The translations under genes were made by a program, and so were the position numbers. A stretch of DNA of 45,642 bases from Mollicutes bacterium (GTDB taxonomy: Bacteria; Bacillota_I; Bacilli_A; RFN20; CAG-826). Location: the NCBI GenBank assembly GCA_022780025.1, contig JALEXS010000036.1, forward strand, positions 1-45,642, read 5' to 3'. Under the pieces are notes generated by a model. It saw nothing but the letters and a program-made list of their open reading frames with translations. It was not told where the DNA came from and did not search any database. Shown here piece after piece: positions 28,328 through 39,158 of this stretch; within the stretch, counting starts at the first letter, position 1; each line of letters opens with the position of its first letter.

Positions 28328-31021
28328 TTAAAATGTTTTTTGTTCATAATTGAAATGCATGAAATCATTAGTTGGATTTTCAGTACTATACTTTTGGAAA
28401 ATAAGCTTTAATGTAGCATCACTTATTTTAATTAAAACACCACCATGATAATCATCATATGTTCCAGTATAATAAATTTTTCTTACTGTAGATCCTTTAA
28501 ATGAATCACTACTAACAGATAAATAAGTTCTACTTAAAACAGGATTATTAACAAATTTATTAAATAATAATTCTTTTAAAGCAGTAGTATCTTTGAATGC
28601 TCTAGTAGAAATAGTGTATAATTCTTCGTTAAATGAAACTTTATTTAAATAAGCGTTTCCTAAGAAAGCTTGAGAATAAATTGTTAAGGTTTTTTCAGGA
28701 ACATTATAGACTGAATCAGTCTTATTTGCAGGATAAGCAGCTAAATAACTATAAGTTGGATCTTTAGTAGCTAATTCAAATAAAACACCATCAACTGCTT
28801 TATATTTAGTATTTTCACTACCTACTGTAATAGATGTTAATCTCTTACAACCATAGAACATATAATCAGTTTCTCTAGATGAACTACTATTAACTTTAAA
28901 TGTAGTAACACTACTAGGAATATTAATAGTTTCTAATGATTCATCACCATAAAAGCATCCATAATCGACAGTTTTAAGACCTTCTGGTAATGTAATTTCT
29001 TTTAAACTTGTATATCCAGATAAAGATTTACTAGCTAATGATGTTAATTTTGAAGGTAATGTTAACGAAGTAACTGCACTATTACCATTAATCATGTAAG
29101 CTCCAATAGAAGTTAATCCATCAGGAAGTTTTAATGTCTTTAATTTTGCATTATTACATATAGCATAATTTCCTAATTTAGTAATTGAATCAGGCAAAAT
29201 TGCTTCAGTAATACCAGTATTCTTAAAAGCATTATCTCCGATACTAGTAATTCCATCATAGAAAGTAAAACCAGTAAATTTTTCACAATTTTCAAAAGTA
29301 CTAGCTGGTATATCTAAAATTGTAGTAGGCCAAGAAACAGTTGTTAATTCATTACAACCATTAAATACACCGTCATCAAGACTCGTTACAGCATGAATAT
29401 CAACACTTTCAAGATGAGAACCACTAAATGCATTTTCTGAAATTGCAGTTAAAGAAGTAGGTGCAGTATAAGTTTTTTCTTCTTTCATTGGAGGATAACA
29501 TAATAATTTAGATTTATCTTTATTATAAAGAATGCCTTCACTAGTTGAGAAATCAGCATTATCTTCACTAATTGTAATTTCTTTTAAAGCTTCATTACCT
29601 TTAATCGCATTAGGATCTAAGCCTTCATCATCATCTTTTGTAGATGTACCATTATCATTATAAGTTTTTAACGCTTTAGGTAAATTAATCTTAGTTAAAT
29701 TAGGATTACTACTTATAGCCATATTTCCTATATAAGTAACTGTATCTGGAATAGTTAATTCTGTTAAATAAGGTAAGCTTTGGAAACAAGAACCTTGAAT
29801 TCTTTCGAGCGCTTCAGGTAAAACAAATGATTTTAAATTATCGCAACTTGGAAACATTCTTTCGATAATTTTTATATTTTTAGGAAGTTTTACAGTTTCT
29901 AATGAAGTGCATTTAACAAATAAAGATTGTAATTTACCTTCTACTTTGCCTTTAGAATCAATACATCCCTTAATTGAATCAGGTAATGTAACTTTAACTA
30001 AACTTGAGCAACTGTTATATAAGTTCATACCAATATATTCAATACCTTCAGGTAAAGAACCATCTTCTAAGGATTTACAGTTATAGAAACAATTATATCC
30101 AATATCTTTTAAAGTTGATGGATAATGTAATGTATATAAAGATGTACAACTATAAAATGCAGTATTACCGATAGCAATGACACCTTCACTAATTTTAATT
30201 CTTTCAAGAGTTTGACTATTTTTAAAACAGTTATTACCAATTTTGGTTACTTTATAAGTTTCATTATTAGTAGGATTAACTACTTCAGTAGGTGTAATTA
30301 CAGCAGTACTAGTTCCTTTATATGTAGATAATGTAGCTTCTTTAGTTTCATCATCAAAAGTAACAGCAAAATCACCTTGTTCAGCAACTGTTAATGTTGG
30401 CATAACGTGAATTTTAATTTCATCAGTTAAAGTACCACATGTTGCAGTAATAATAACAAAACCATCACTTTCAGCAGTGACATTACCTTCTAAATCGATA
30501 GTTACATAACGATCATCATAACCTTCAATCTTTTTAATACCCCATGTTACTTCTTTATTTGTAGCATTTTCAGGTAAAACAGTTGCAGTTAATTTAAATG
30601 TATCACCAACTTCAACTTCTAAATTTTCTCCTTGATTAATAGTGATACTTTCTACTTCAATTGGAGCAACATTAATAACTATTGTATCTTCAAGTCCATC
30701 AACTGTTGCTTTTAAAGTGAGTGTACCACCTCCAGATGCAGTAAATTCACCTTGTTGAGAAATAGTACCAATTGTAGCAGGATCTGTAACTCCATCATCT
30801 ACAAAAGAAAATGCTACTTTTGAAGTAGTATCAGCTGGAGCAACTTCGACTTCAAATTTGTGTTTATCTCCTACTTTAAGAGTTAGACTATCGCCATCTT
30901 TGAAACTTATTGACGTCGCTTTGACTTCTTTTTGACAACTGGTCAAAGTATAAAAAGTTGTGGTAGATATCCCTAATCCTAAGATTAAAGAAGATAACCT
31001 TAAAATGTTAATTTTTTTCAT
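28328..31021 (-). CDS. BspA-type leucine-rich-repeat lipoprotein with two Big_2 domains
   Basis: Lipobox LTSC; ATVLPENATNKEVTW; many LxxIxLPxxLxxIGxxAF repeats; two [DE]G[IV]L[YF]...YP inserts. Confidence 0.92.
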   Translation of the reverse strand: MKKINILRLSSLILGLGISTTTFYTLTSCQKEVKATSISFKDGDSLTLKVGDKHKFEVEVAPADTTSKVAFSFVDDGVTDPATIGTISQQGEFTASGGGTLTLKATVDGLEDTIVINVAPIEVESITINQGENLEVEVGDTFKLTATVLPENATNKEVTWGIKKIEGYDDRYVTIDLEGNVTAESDGFVIITATCGTLTDEIKIHVMPTLTVAEQGDFAVTFDDETKEATLSTYKGTSTAVITPTEVVNPTNNETYKVTKIGNNCFKNSQTLERIKISEGVIAIGNTAFYSCTSLYTLHYPSTLKDIGYNCFYNCKSLEDGSLPEGIEYIGMNLYNSCSSLVKVTLPDSIKGCIDSKGKVEGKLQSLFVKCTSLETVKLPKNIKIIERMFPSCDNLKSFVLPEALERIQGSCFQSLPYLTELTIPDTVTYIGNMAISSNPNLTKINLPKALKTYNDNGTSTKDDDEGLDPNAIKGNEALKEITISEDNADFSTSEGILYNKDKSKLLCYPPMKEEKTYTAPTSLTAISENAFSGSHLESVDIHAVTSLDDGVFNGCNELTTVSWPTTILDIPASTFENCEKFTGFTFYDGITSIGDNAFKNTGITEAILPDSITKLGNYAICNNAKLKTLKLPDGLTSIGAYMINGNSAVTSLTLPSKLTSLASKSLSGYTSLKEITLPEGLKTVDYGCFYGDESLETINIPSSVTTFKVNSSSSRETDYMFYGCKRLTSITVGSENTKYKAVDGVLFELATKDPTYSYLAAYPANKTDSVYNVPEKTLTIYSQAFLGNAYLNKVSFNEELYTISTRAFKDTTALKELLFNKFVNNPVLSRTYLSVSSDSFKGSTVRKIYYTGTYDDYHGGVLIKISDATLKLIFQKYSTENPTNDFMHFNYEQKTF

Positions 31022-31063
31022 AATTTCCCCTCACAATATATTAAAACTATAGTTTAAAATAAA

Positions 31064-31096
31064 AAAATAAAGGATAAAAAAATATCTCTTTATTTT
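31064..31096 (-). terminator. Terminator after parB
   Basis: AAAATAAAG-GATA...TATC-T-CTTTATTTT. Confidence 0.55.
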
Positions 31097-31150
31097 GTAT
31101 TAATAAAATTAAAATTTATTCGATAATAGGTTATATTTTATGAATTTATA

Positions 31151-31957
31151 TCATTTATCTTTGATATTTAAGTTAAGTATTTTTTGGTATAAGTCTTCAA
31201 TTAAGTGTTCATTTTGAGATGTAATTACTATTTTATTTTTCTTAAGTGAAACCTTTAAATCATCGTTTTTAGTTTTACTTCTTACTAGGTCTTCTGTTTC
31301 TCTAACACTTAATTTATTCTTATAAATCTCGTTTTTAATATTAATAGCTTCAGATTCACTAAGTCTAGAAATAGCTTTAGCATGTCCATAAGATAATTTT
31401 TCATTGACAACATCTTTTAATATCTCTTTAGGTAAATTTAATAGCTGTAAAATATTAGATACTTGGGATGTAGATTGCTTTAATAATTTAGATAAATCTT
31501 TGTTTTTATAATTAAACGATTTTCTTAAATTATTAATTAAATATGCAACTTCTACAACATTATAAGATTTTTGTTCAAGAGTATCAGCTAATAAAACTAA
31601 TAAAGTTTCTTCATCATTAAAGTTAGCAATAATAACTGGAATTTCTTTTATTTTTAATATTTTACATGCAATAAATAAACGTCTACCAATGACAATTTCA
31701 TAATGATCTTTAACATGCCTAACAACCAATGGTCTAATAAAACCATTATCTAAAATATATTCTTTATATTCGCTTAAGTTTGATTCAGAAATACGTGCTT
31801 TTTTTAAAAATTGATTATCTTCTATTTCATTTAATGGAATATTAACAATAGATTCACGAGCATAATTTTGCTCTATTGTTGGAATAACATCTGTATTTGA
31901 AAACTTTTCTAATAAAGTTTTCAAATCATTATTAATAATTTTATTTTGATTTTTCAT
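31151..31957 (-). CDS. parB: ParB/Spo0J-family partition protein (divergent)
   Basis: GFIRPLVVR...YEIVIGRR, HTH STSQVSNILQLL, LSYGHAKAI, LSVRETE; overlaps parA; TGA stop. Confidence 0.85.
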   Translation of the reverse strand: MKNQNKIINNDLKTLLEKFSNTDVIPTIEQNYARESIVNIPLNEIEDNQFLKKARISESNLSEYKEYILDNGFIRPLVVRHVKDHYEIVIGRRLFIACKILKIKEIPVIIANFNDEETLLVLLADTLEQKSYNVVEVAYLINNLRKSFNYKNKDLSKLLKQSTSQVSNILQLLNLPKEILKDVVNEKLSYGHAKAISRLSESEAINIKNEIYKNKLSVRETEDLVRSKTKNDDLKVSLKKNKIVITSQNEHLIEDLYQKILNLNIKDK

Positions 31958-32717
31958 TTTGGATAATTTCTTTAGCTAATTGATTATAAGCTAAAGTTCC
32001 AGCACTATTTGGTCTATATAATATTGAAGGTAAGCCTTTTGCACTAGCTTCACTTAAAGAAATATTACGAGGAATAATTGTATGATATGTATTTTCTAAG
32101 AAATATTTACGAACTTGTTCTACTACTTCATTTCCTAATTTAGAACGAGGTTCAAACATTGTTAATAAGAATCCTTCTACTTGTAAAGCTTGATTATATT
32201 TTGATTGAACATTTTTAATAGTAGCTAATACTTGAGCTAGTCCTTCCATTGCAAAATATTCACATTGGATTGGAACTAATACACTATCAGCAGCTACTAA
32301 AGCATTTAAACTTAATATACCTAAAGATGGTGGACAGTCAATTAATATATAATCATATTTATTTTTTACATATATCATTAAATTCTTTAATAATTCAAAT
32401 GGTTTAGCTGAATTTTTAGAAATAATTTCGCTTTCTAAATTAGATAATTTTAAATTACTAGGAACTACTTCTAAGTTCTTCATTGCAGATTTACGAATAA
32501 TTTTTAAAATATCGCAATCTAAAATTAAAGCATCAAAAATAGTTTTATTAATTAAAGAGATATCAACACCAAGTCCACGAGAAGAATTTCCTTGAGGATC
32601 AAGATCTATTAATAATACTTTTCTTTTTAAATGTGCTAAAGAGGCGCCTAAATTAATAGAGGTTGTAGTTTTACCTACTCCACCTTTATGATTACAAATC
32701 GCAATTATTTTACCCAT
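31941..32717 (-). CDS. parA: ParA/Soj ATPase
   Basis: KGGVGKTTT, DLDPQGN, DCPPSLG, PIQCEYFAMEG, IPRNISLSEA. Confidence 0.95.
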   Translation of the reverse strand: MGKIIAICNHKGGVGKTTTSINLGASLAHLKRKVLLIDLDPQGNSSRGLGVDISLINKTIFDALILDCDILKIIRKSAMKNLEVVPSNLKLSNLESEIISKNSAKPFELLKNLMIYVKNKYDYILIDCPPSLGILSLNALVAADSVLVPIQCEYFAMEGLAQVLATIKNVQSKYNQALQVEGFLLTMFEPRSKLGNEVVEQVRKYFLENTYHTIIPRNISLSEASAKGLPSILYRPNSAGTLAYNQLAKEIIQNEKSK

Positions 32718-32725
32718 ATTCTTTA

Positions 32726-33424
32726 TTATAATGGTTTATTTAAAATTGTAGAATAAGAACGTGGATATTTTTTATCAGTTTTATTATTTTTAGTTATTAC
32801 TACAATATATCTATCTTGATTAATAAGAGGTAATGTATATTTAAATTCTAAATTTATACTACTATTTAATGCTTTTAATGTATTTTTTGCTTTTATTTCT
32901 TCTTCTTTATAACTTATTCCTTTATAAGCAAAAAATGTTCCATTTATTTTAATAAAAGGGAGTATTAATTCAGAGATAATTCTTAATTCTGAAACAGCTC
33001 TAGTAATAGCGTAATCAAAATAATTATGATATTTATCATCCAATTCTTCAAATCTAGAATTAATAACATATATATTATTTAAATTTAATTTTTCTTTAAC
33101 TAATGATAAAAATAAACATTTCTTTTTATTTGTTTCAACTAAATAAAAAGAAACATTAGGATATTTTATAGCTAAAGGAATTGAAGGAAATCCAGCTCCT
33201 GGTCCTAAATCAACTACATTAGTATTATCTTCAAATTCTTTATATAAAATTAAAGAATAAGAATCATAAAAATGTTTAATAATAAAGTCTTCTTCATTAA
33301 GAATTGCAGTTAAATTATATTTTTTATTTTCTTCAATTACAAAATTATAAAAAGTAATTAACTTTTCTTTATCATCATCACTTAAATTAAATACATTTAA
33401 TAAATCTAAATCTTTAATAATCAT
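32726..33424 (-). CDS. rsmG: 16S rRNA m7G527 methyltransferase
   Basis: YNLTAI, KHFYDS, DLGPGAGFP, TRAV, YKG, KYPR; ATGA overlap with mnmG. Confidence 0.93.
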   Translation of the reverse strand: MIIKDLDLLNVFNLSDDDKEKLITFYNFVIEENKKYNLTAILNEEDFIIKHFYDSYSLILYKEFEDNTNVVDLGPGAGFPSIPLAIKYPNVSFYLVETNKKKCLFLSLVKEKLNLNNIYVINSRFEELDDKYHNYFDYAITRAVSELRIISELILPFIKINGTFFAYKGISYKEEEIKAKNTLKALNSSINLEFKYTLPLINQDRYIVVITKNNKTDKKYPRSYSTILNKPL

Positions 33425-35298
33425 CTTAAATCACCTTTTTTAATATGAATTATTAAAGCATTAATATCACTTGGATTTACTCCACTAATCCTACTAGCTT
33501 GTCCAATATCTTTTGGTTGAACTTTATTAAATTTTTGTCTAGCTTCTAAAGCTAAACAATCTAATTTAGAATAATCAAAATTCTCAGGTAATTTAATTGA
33601 TTCTAATTTCTTAGCTTTTAAAGCTTCAACTCTTTCGTTTTCAATATATCCAGCGTATTTTACTAAAATTGATAATTGTTTTTCACCAATTGGATCTAAT
33701 TTAATGTCACTAGGATAATCAACCATATATTCTTTTAAACGAGAAAAAGTTACATTATTTCTTTTTAAAATATCTTCATAGGTAACGCCATTTTCAAGTC
33801 TATCATAACCTAGTTCAACTAGATAATCATTAACTTTACTAGTTCTTCCAAAGTGGTTATTTTTTAAATAATCCTGCAAAACCCCAATATTTTTCTTTTT
33901 TTTGATAAATTCATCATATCTAGATTGACTAATTAAACCTAACTTATAACCATATTCAGTAAGTCTTAAATCAGCATTATCATGTCTTAATAAAAGTCTA
34001 TATTCAGCTCTACTTGATAATAATCTATAAGGTTCTTTTGTTCCCTTTGTAATTAAATCATCAATCATAACACCAATATAAGCTTCATCTCTATTTAAAA
34101 TAAATGGAGGTAAATTTTTAATATATTGACCAGCATTTATACCAGCCATTAAACCTAATCCAGCAGCTTCTTCGTATCCACTTGTACCACAAATTTGACC
34201 AGCAATAAATAATCCTTTATATTTTTTAACCATTAAGGATGTATCAAATTGAGTTGGATCAAGAGCATCATATTCAATAGCGTAAGCGTATTTTAAAATT
34301 TTAGCATTTTCTAATCCAGGTAAAGAATGAACCATTTTATCTTGAACATCAATTGGCATAGATGTAGAAAAACCTTGTAAATAAATACTATTAGTATCAT
34401 AACTTTCTGGTTCTAAAAATAATTGATGACGTGGTTTATCGCTAAATCTAACTATTTTATCTTCAATTGATGGACAATATCTTGGACCAACACCTTTAAC
34501 TAATCCACTATACATAGCACTTTCAAGTAAATTATCTTTAATAATTTTATGAGTTTCAGGAGTTGTATAAATTAACCAACAAGGAATTTGTTCTGAAATA
34601 GGAATAAAATCATGATCTTCATAAGAGAATCCTTCATCTTCAACATTGCCTAATTGAATTATTCCTTTTGAAAAATCGATACTTTCTTTAGCAATACGTT
34701 GAGGAGTACCAGTTTTAAGTCTAATAATTTCAATACCCATTCTTTTTAAAGAATCGCTTAAACCAATTGATGGCTTTTCTCCATCAGGTCCACCTGATGT
34801 TTTATTATGACCTACAAGAATTTCACTATTCATATAAGTACCGGTTGCTAAAATAACAGCTTTTGAAAAAATATCTTGGTTTTGCGAGGTTTTTACTCCA
34901 AAAACAGTACTTTTATCATAAAGTAAATCCACAACCATATCTTCTAAAATATCAAGATTTTTAGTTTCTTTTAAATGTTCTTGAATAAAATGAGGATATC
35001 TTTTTTTATCAGCTTGAGCTCTTAAACATTGAACACCAGGACCTTTTTTAGTATTAAGCATCTTCATTTGTAAATATTCATGATCAGCTGCTTTACCCAT
35101 AAAGCCACCAAGAGCATCAATTTCTCTTACGACAATACCTTTTGCACTTCCACCAATTGATGGGTTACATGGCATATTGGATACCATTTTAAAATTTAAT
35201 GTAATTAAAAGAGTTGCAAATCCTCTATTTGCACAAGCTAAAGAAGCTTCAACACCTGCGTGTCCTCCTCCAACAACAATAACATCATATTTTTTCAT
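33421..35298 (-). CDS. mnmG: tRNA uridine-5-carboxymethylaminomethyl modification enzyme
   Basis: VVGGGHAGVEA, MPCNPSIGG, RLKTGTP, GPRYCPSIEDK, GTSGYEEAA, SRAEYRL. Confidence 0.97.
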   Translation of the reverse strand: MKKYDVIVVGGGHAGVEASLACANRGFATLLITLNFKMVSNMPCNPSIGGSAKGIVVREIDALGGFMGKAADHEYLQMKMLNTKKGPGVQCLRAQADKKRYPHFIQEHLKETKNLDILEDMVVDLLYDKSTVFGVKTSQNQDIFSKAVILATGTYMNSEILVGHNKTSGGPDGEKPSIGLSDSLKRMGIEIIRLKTGTPQRIAKESIDFSKGIIQLGNVEDEGFSYEDHDFIPISEQIPCWLIYTTPETHKIIKDNLLESAMYSGLVKGVGPRYCPSIEDKIVRFSDKPRHQLFLEPESYDTNSIYLQGFSTSMPIDVQDKMVHSLPGLENAKILKYAYAIEYDALDPTQFDTSLMVKKYKGLFIAGQICGTSGYEEAAGLGLMAGINAGQYIKNLPPFILNRDEAYIGVMIDDLITKGTKEPYRLLSSRAEYRLLLRHDNADLRLTEYGYKLGLISQSRYDEFIKKKKNIGVLQDYLKNNHFGRTSKVNDYLVELGYDRLENGVTYEDILKRNNVTFSRLKEYMVDYPSDIKLDPIGEKQLSILVKYAGYIENERVEALKAKKLESIKLPENFDYSKLDCLALEARQKFNKVQPKDIGQASRISGVNPSDINALIIHIKKGDLR

Positions 35299-36698
35299 TA
35301 ACCGACACTTCCATCCATATCTAGTTTAATTAATTGATTAAGTTCAACAGCATATTCCATTGGTAATTCTCTACTAAATGGTTCAATAAATCCCATGATA
35401 ATCATTTGGGTAGCATCTTGCTTTGAAATACCACGACTCATTAAATAATATAATTGTTCTTCATCTATTTTACTAACAGTTGCTTCATGTTCTAAAAATG
35501 AAGAATTATTCAAACATTCATTCTTTGGTATAGTATCACTTTTAGAAATATCATCTAAAATTAAAGTATCACATTCGACATGAGCTTTTGAATTTTTAGC
35601 ATTAGCTTTAATTCTAACAGTACCTCTATAATTACTTACACCACCATTTCTAACAATAGACTTAGAAATAATTTGAGATGTTGTATTAGGTGCTTCATGA
35701 ATCATTCTAGCACCAGCATCTTGAAATTGTCCTTTACTAGCTACTGCAATAGAAATACAAATTCCTTTAGCAAATGGTTCTTTTAAAATACATGCTGGAT
35801 ATTTCATATTAACTTGAGAGCCAATATTTCCATCAATCCATTCCATTTTACCATTTTCATAAACTGCAGCTCTTTTTGTAACTAAATTAACGATATTATT
35901 CGACCAATTTTGAATAGTTGAATAACGACATTTTGCATCTTTACATACAATAATTTCAACAACTGCAGCGTGTAATGATTCTTTTGAGTATATAGGAGCA
36001 GTGCATCCTTCAACGTAATGAACTTCTGCACCTTCATCAACTATAATTAAAGTTCTTTCAAATTGACCAGTTTTTTCATTATTAATTCTAAAATAAGATT
36101 GTAATGGTTTTTCTAATTTAACACCTTTTGGAACATAAATAAAAGATCCACCACTCCAAACAGCACCATTAAGAGCACTAAATTTATTATCTTGATAAGA
36201 AACAACAGTTCCAAAATATTTTTTAAATAAATCTGGATATAATTTTAAAGCTAAGTCAGTAGAAAGGAAAATAACTCCTTTTTCTCTAACTTCTTCAAGC
36301 ATATTATGATATACCATTTCTGACTCATATTGAGTAGCAGCACCTGCTAAATATTTTTGTTCAGCTTCAGGAATTCCTAATTTTTTAAAAGTATTTTTAA
36401 TAGTTTCAGGTACTTCATCCCAAGAATTTTCTTCTTTTTTACTATATCTTGTAAAATATGTATAACTATTAAAATCTAAATCAGTAACATCAGGTCCAAA
36501 ATTAGGAAACTTTAATTTTAAAAATGTTCTATAAGCTTGGAGTCTATATTCAAGCATCCACTCAGGTTCATTTTTAGCTTTAGAAATTGTTCTTACAACC
36601 TCTTCATTTAAGCCTTTTCCAGTATCAAAAATAGATTGAGAATCATCTTTAAAATCATATTTATAATCATCAGTTATAATATCAGTCTTTTTTGCCAT
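35298..36698 (-). CDS. sufB: Fe-S cluster assembly protein SufB
   Basis: Likely start MAKK at 36698; [44 protein letters not shown]. Confidence 0.96.
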   Translation of the reverse strand: MAKKTDIITDDYKYDFKDDSQSIFDTGKGLNEEVVRTISKAKNEPEWMLEYRLQAYRTFLKLKFPNFGPDVTDLDFNSYTYFTRYSKKEENSWDEVPETIKNTFKKLGIPEAEQKYLAGAATQYESEMVYHNMLEEVREKGVIFLSTDLALKLYPDLFKKYFGTVVSYQDNKFSALNGAVWSGGSFIYVPKGVKLEKPLQSYFRINNEKTGQFERTLIIVDEGAEVHYVEGCTAPIYSKESLHAAVVEIIVCKDAKCRYSTIQNWSNNIVNLVTKRAAVYENGKMEWIDGNIGSQVNMKYPACILKEPFAKGICISIAVASKGQFQDAGARMIHEAPNTTSQIISKSIVRNGGVSNYRGTVRIKANAKNSKAHVECDTLILDDISKSDTIPKNECLNNSSFLEHEATVSKIDEEQLYYLMSRGISKQDATQMIIMGFIEPFSRELPMEYAVELNQLIKLDMDGSVG

Positions 36699-37137
36699 CT
36701 TTCTCATCTCCATTCATCAACTCTTTTAAACCATTCCAACCTAAAGTAGCACATTTAATTCTAGCAGCTTGCTTATATGTGTTTTGAAAAACTACTGCTT
36801 CATCAAGAGTTTCTTCATCATATGGTTTTTCATAAATCATATTAAAATATTCATTAATAATTTTATTAGCTTCATCAAAGTTTTTACCTTTTACAAGGTC
36901 GCACATAATGTCAGTGCTAGATGTACAAATAGTACAAGCAACTCCATCAAATTTAACATCTTCAATCAAGTTATTTTTAGCTTTAAGATAAATAGTTATA
37001 TCATCAATACAACTAGTAGAGTCCATTCTAATTGTTTTATATTCATCAACATTTGTAGGAGTTATTTTATTATTAGGATTATTATAATGATCCATAATAA
37101 TCTCTCTCATCATAATAGGATTAAGCAAAGTAGGCAT
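36682..37137 (-). CDS. sufU: SUF system sulfur-transfer protein SufU
   Basis: [31 protein letters not shown]. Confidence 0.93.
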   Translation of the reverse strand: MPTLLNPIMMREIIMDHYNNPNNKITPTNVDEYKTIRMDSTSCIDDITIYLKAKNNLIEDVKFDGVACTICTSSTDIMCDLVKGKNFDEANKIINEYFNMIYEKPYDEETLDEAVVFQNTYKQAARIKCATLGWNGLKELMNGDEKDGKKD

Positions 37138-38350
37138 CTAAAAAATCTCCTCCAGTCTTTAAGGCTTCATATAAAGAATCAATTTCTTCTTTTGTATTGT
37201 AAAAATAAAAACTTATTCTTACAGTTGCTACAGTGTGTAAAAATTCATGTAAAATTTTAGCACAATGTTCACCACTTCTAACACATATGCCTTTACTATT
37301 TAAATAACTAGCTTCATCTTGAGCAAAGACATCTTTTACATTAATTGTAATAATTGAGCCTTCTGCATTTTCGTTATAAATAATGACGTTTTGCAAGGTT
37401 TTTAATTTATTTATGGCATATTTTCTTAATTCAGCTTCATATTTTTCAATGTTTTCCATACCTAAATTATTTAAATAATCTATAGCAGCACCTAAACCAT
37501 ATATACCAGCTAAATTCATAGTTCCAGCCTCAAATTTTGCAGGTGGTTCTAAAAATGCAACATTTCCACACATATCAAATCTAGCGTTATTTCCACCACC
37601 ACTCATAAATGGATCAGTCTTTCTTAATAAATCATATTTGCCATATAAAACACCAATTCCAGTTGGGCCACACATTTTATGGGCGCTGAAAGATAAGAAA
37701 TCACAATCTAAATCTTTAACATCGATTTTCATATGAGGGACACTTTGAGCTCCATCTACTACTAAAATAGCACCATGTTCATGAACTACTTTAGCAATTT
37801 CTTTAATATCAGCTAAGAAAGCTAATACATTAGTAATTTGAGCTAAAGCGACAATTTTAGTGTTTTTTGTTATAGCACTTTTTACTGCTTCAACTGTCAA
37901 TCTACCTTCTTTATTTAAAGGAATGTAATTGATTTTACAATGAGTCATTTCTTTAACTTTAAACCAAGGTAAAACATTACTTGCGTGTTCTGCTTCAGTT
38001 AATAATATTTCATCATTTTCAGTCATGTTTTTCATACCATAACCAAAGGCAACTTGATTTATAGACATTGAAGTACCACTAGTAAAAACAACTTCTTCTT
38101 TATTAGCATTAATAAATTTAGCAACTTTAGTTCTAACTTCATCAACTTTTTGATCAACTTTAAAAGCTAAATCATAATCTCCACGATGTGAATTAGCATT
38201 TTCATTTAAATAATATTCATCTCCACCTTTAATAACTGAATATGGTTTAAAAGTAGTAGCAGCACTATCAAAATATATTAAACTATGGCCTTGTTGGGTC
38301 TTATTTTCTAACATTGGGAAATCTTGTCTTATTTTATAAACATCAAACAT
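37121..38350 (-). CDS. sufS: Cysteine desulfurase SufS
   Basis: Likely start MFDV at 38350; YFDSAATT, EHASN, DGAQS, SAHKMCGPTG, RSGEHCA. Confidence 0.95.
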   Translation of the reverse strand: MFDVYKIRQDFPMLENKTQQGHSLIYFDSAATTFKPYSVIKGGDEYYLNENANSHRGDYDLAFKVDQKVDEVRTKVAKFINANKEEVVFTSGTSMSINQVAFGYGMKNMTENDEILLTEAEHASNVLPWFKVKEMTHCKINYIPLNKEGRLTVEAVKSAITKNTKIVALAQITNVLAFLADIKEIAKVVHEHGAILVVDGAQSVPHMKIDVKDLDCDFLSFSAHKMCGPTGIGVLYGKYDLLRKTDPFMSGGGNNARFDMCGNVAFLEPPAKFEAGTMNLAGIYGLGAAIDYLNNLGMENIEKYEAELRKYAINKLKTLQNVIIYNENAEGSIITINVKDVFAQDEASYLNSKGICVRSGEHCAKILHEFLHTVATVRISFYFYNTKEEIDSLYEALKTGGDFLDAYFA

Positions 38351-38354
38351 ATCT

Positions 38355-39158
38355 TTATAAGCTCCCATTAATTTCATTAAATATCTTTTCTTTTAAGTCA
38401 CCATCAAAATATTGAGTAATAGGTATTAAATAACCTGTAGTAATAAGTTTTCTAGCATCAGTAATATTTAAACCTCTACTTAATAAATAGAATAAATGAT
38501 CTTCATTTAATGCACCAATAGCACATCCATGACTTGCTTTAATATCATCACAATCAATCTTTAAAGTAGGTGAAGCAATAGCTTTACTTGTTTCATCAAA
38601 TAAGATTACTTTTACACTTTGTTTTGCACTAGATTTTATTGAATCTTTTTCAATATGAGATGTACCAATACACTTAATAGTTGCATTATTTTGAGATACA
38701 CCAAATCCAGTTAAGATTGACGATGTTCTTTCATTTAAATGTGAGAATGAAATACTATAATATTTATTATTATTATTTTTAGCTAATGAAGCAAAGCGGA
38801 ATTCACTTGCACTATTTTCACCATATAAAATAACATTACTATTTAATATAATATCTGTATCACTTAAATCAGCAAAATACGTATTAAATATGGCGTTTCT
38901 GCAAAGATTTGCTTTCAAATTAAGCCTTTTTTTAGTTTCATTATTTACAATTTTTAACTCTAAAGAAGCATTATTTTGAATGAAAAAATTAACATTTGTA
39001 TCATAAAAATCAGTCATAATAATTGATGCTTTTACATTACTTAAAACATCAATATTAATTTCTTCTATGTTTTCTTCTAATGATAAAATAACCTCTTCGC
39101 TATTTTTAATTGACAAAGTATTATTATTTTTAATTAAATCACTATTACTTATTTTCAT
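38355..39158 (-). CDS. sufD: SufD (short form)
   Basis: PTLKIDCDDIKASHGCAIG...LFYLLSRG; lies between sufC and sufS. Confidence 0.9.
   Translation of the reverse strand: MKISNSDLIKNNNTLSIKNSEEVILSLEENIEEINIDVLSNVKASIIMTDFYDTNVNFFIQNNASLELKIVNNETKKRLNLKANLCRNAIFNTYFADLSDTDIILNSNVILYGENSASEFRFASLAKNNNNKYYSISFSHLNERTSSILTGFGVSQNNATIKCIGTSHIEKDSIKSSAKQSVKVILFDETSKAIASPTLKIDCDDIKASHGCAIGALNEDHLFYLLSRGLNITDARKLITTGYLIPITQYFDGDLKEKIFNEINGSL

Noticed and set aside
28400-30260. DNA tandem repeat array
   Set aside because: The periodicity reflects degenerate LRR protein repeats, not nucleotide-level repeats
31022-31150. oriC or parS next to parAB/gid
   Set aside because: No TTATCCACA cluster or parS palindrome seen
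33481-33500. AGG=Met reassignment reported in some uncultured Bacilli
   Set aside because: AGG encodes the conserved Arg of MnmG QASRISG and of ParB PLVVR
31151-35298. Genetic code 4 (TGA=Trp), suggested by the mollicute-like AT content and Opp inserts
   Set aside because: mnmG and parB end at TGA at expected lengths; conserved genes are not broken by TGA
36769-37260. 163-aa plus-strand ORF
   Set aside because: Antisense to conserved sufU/sufS
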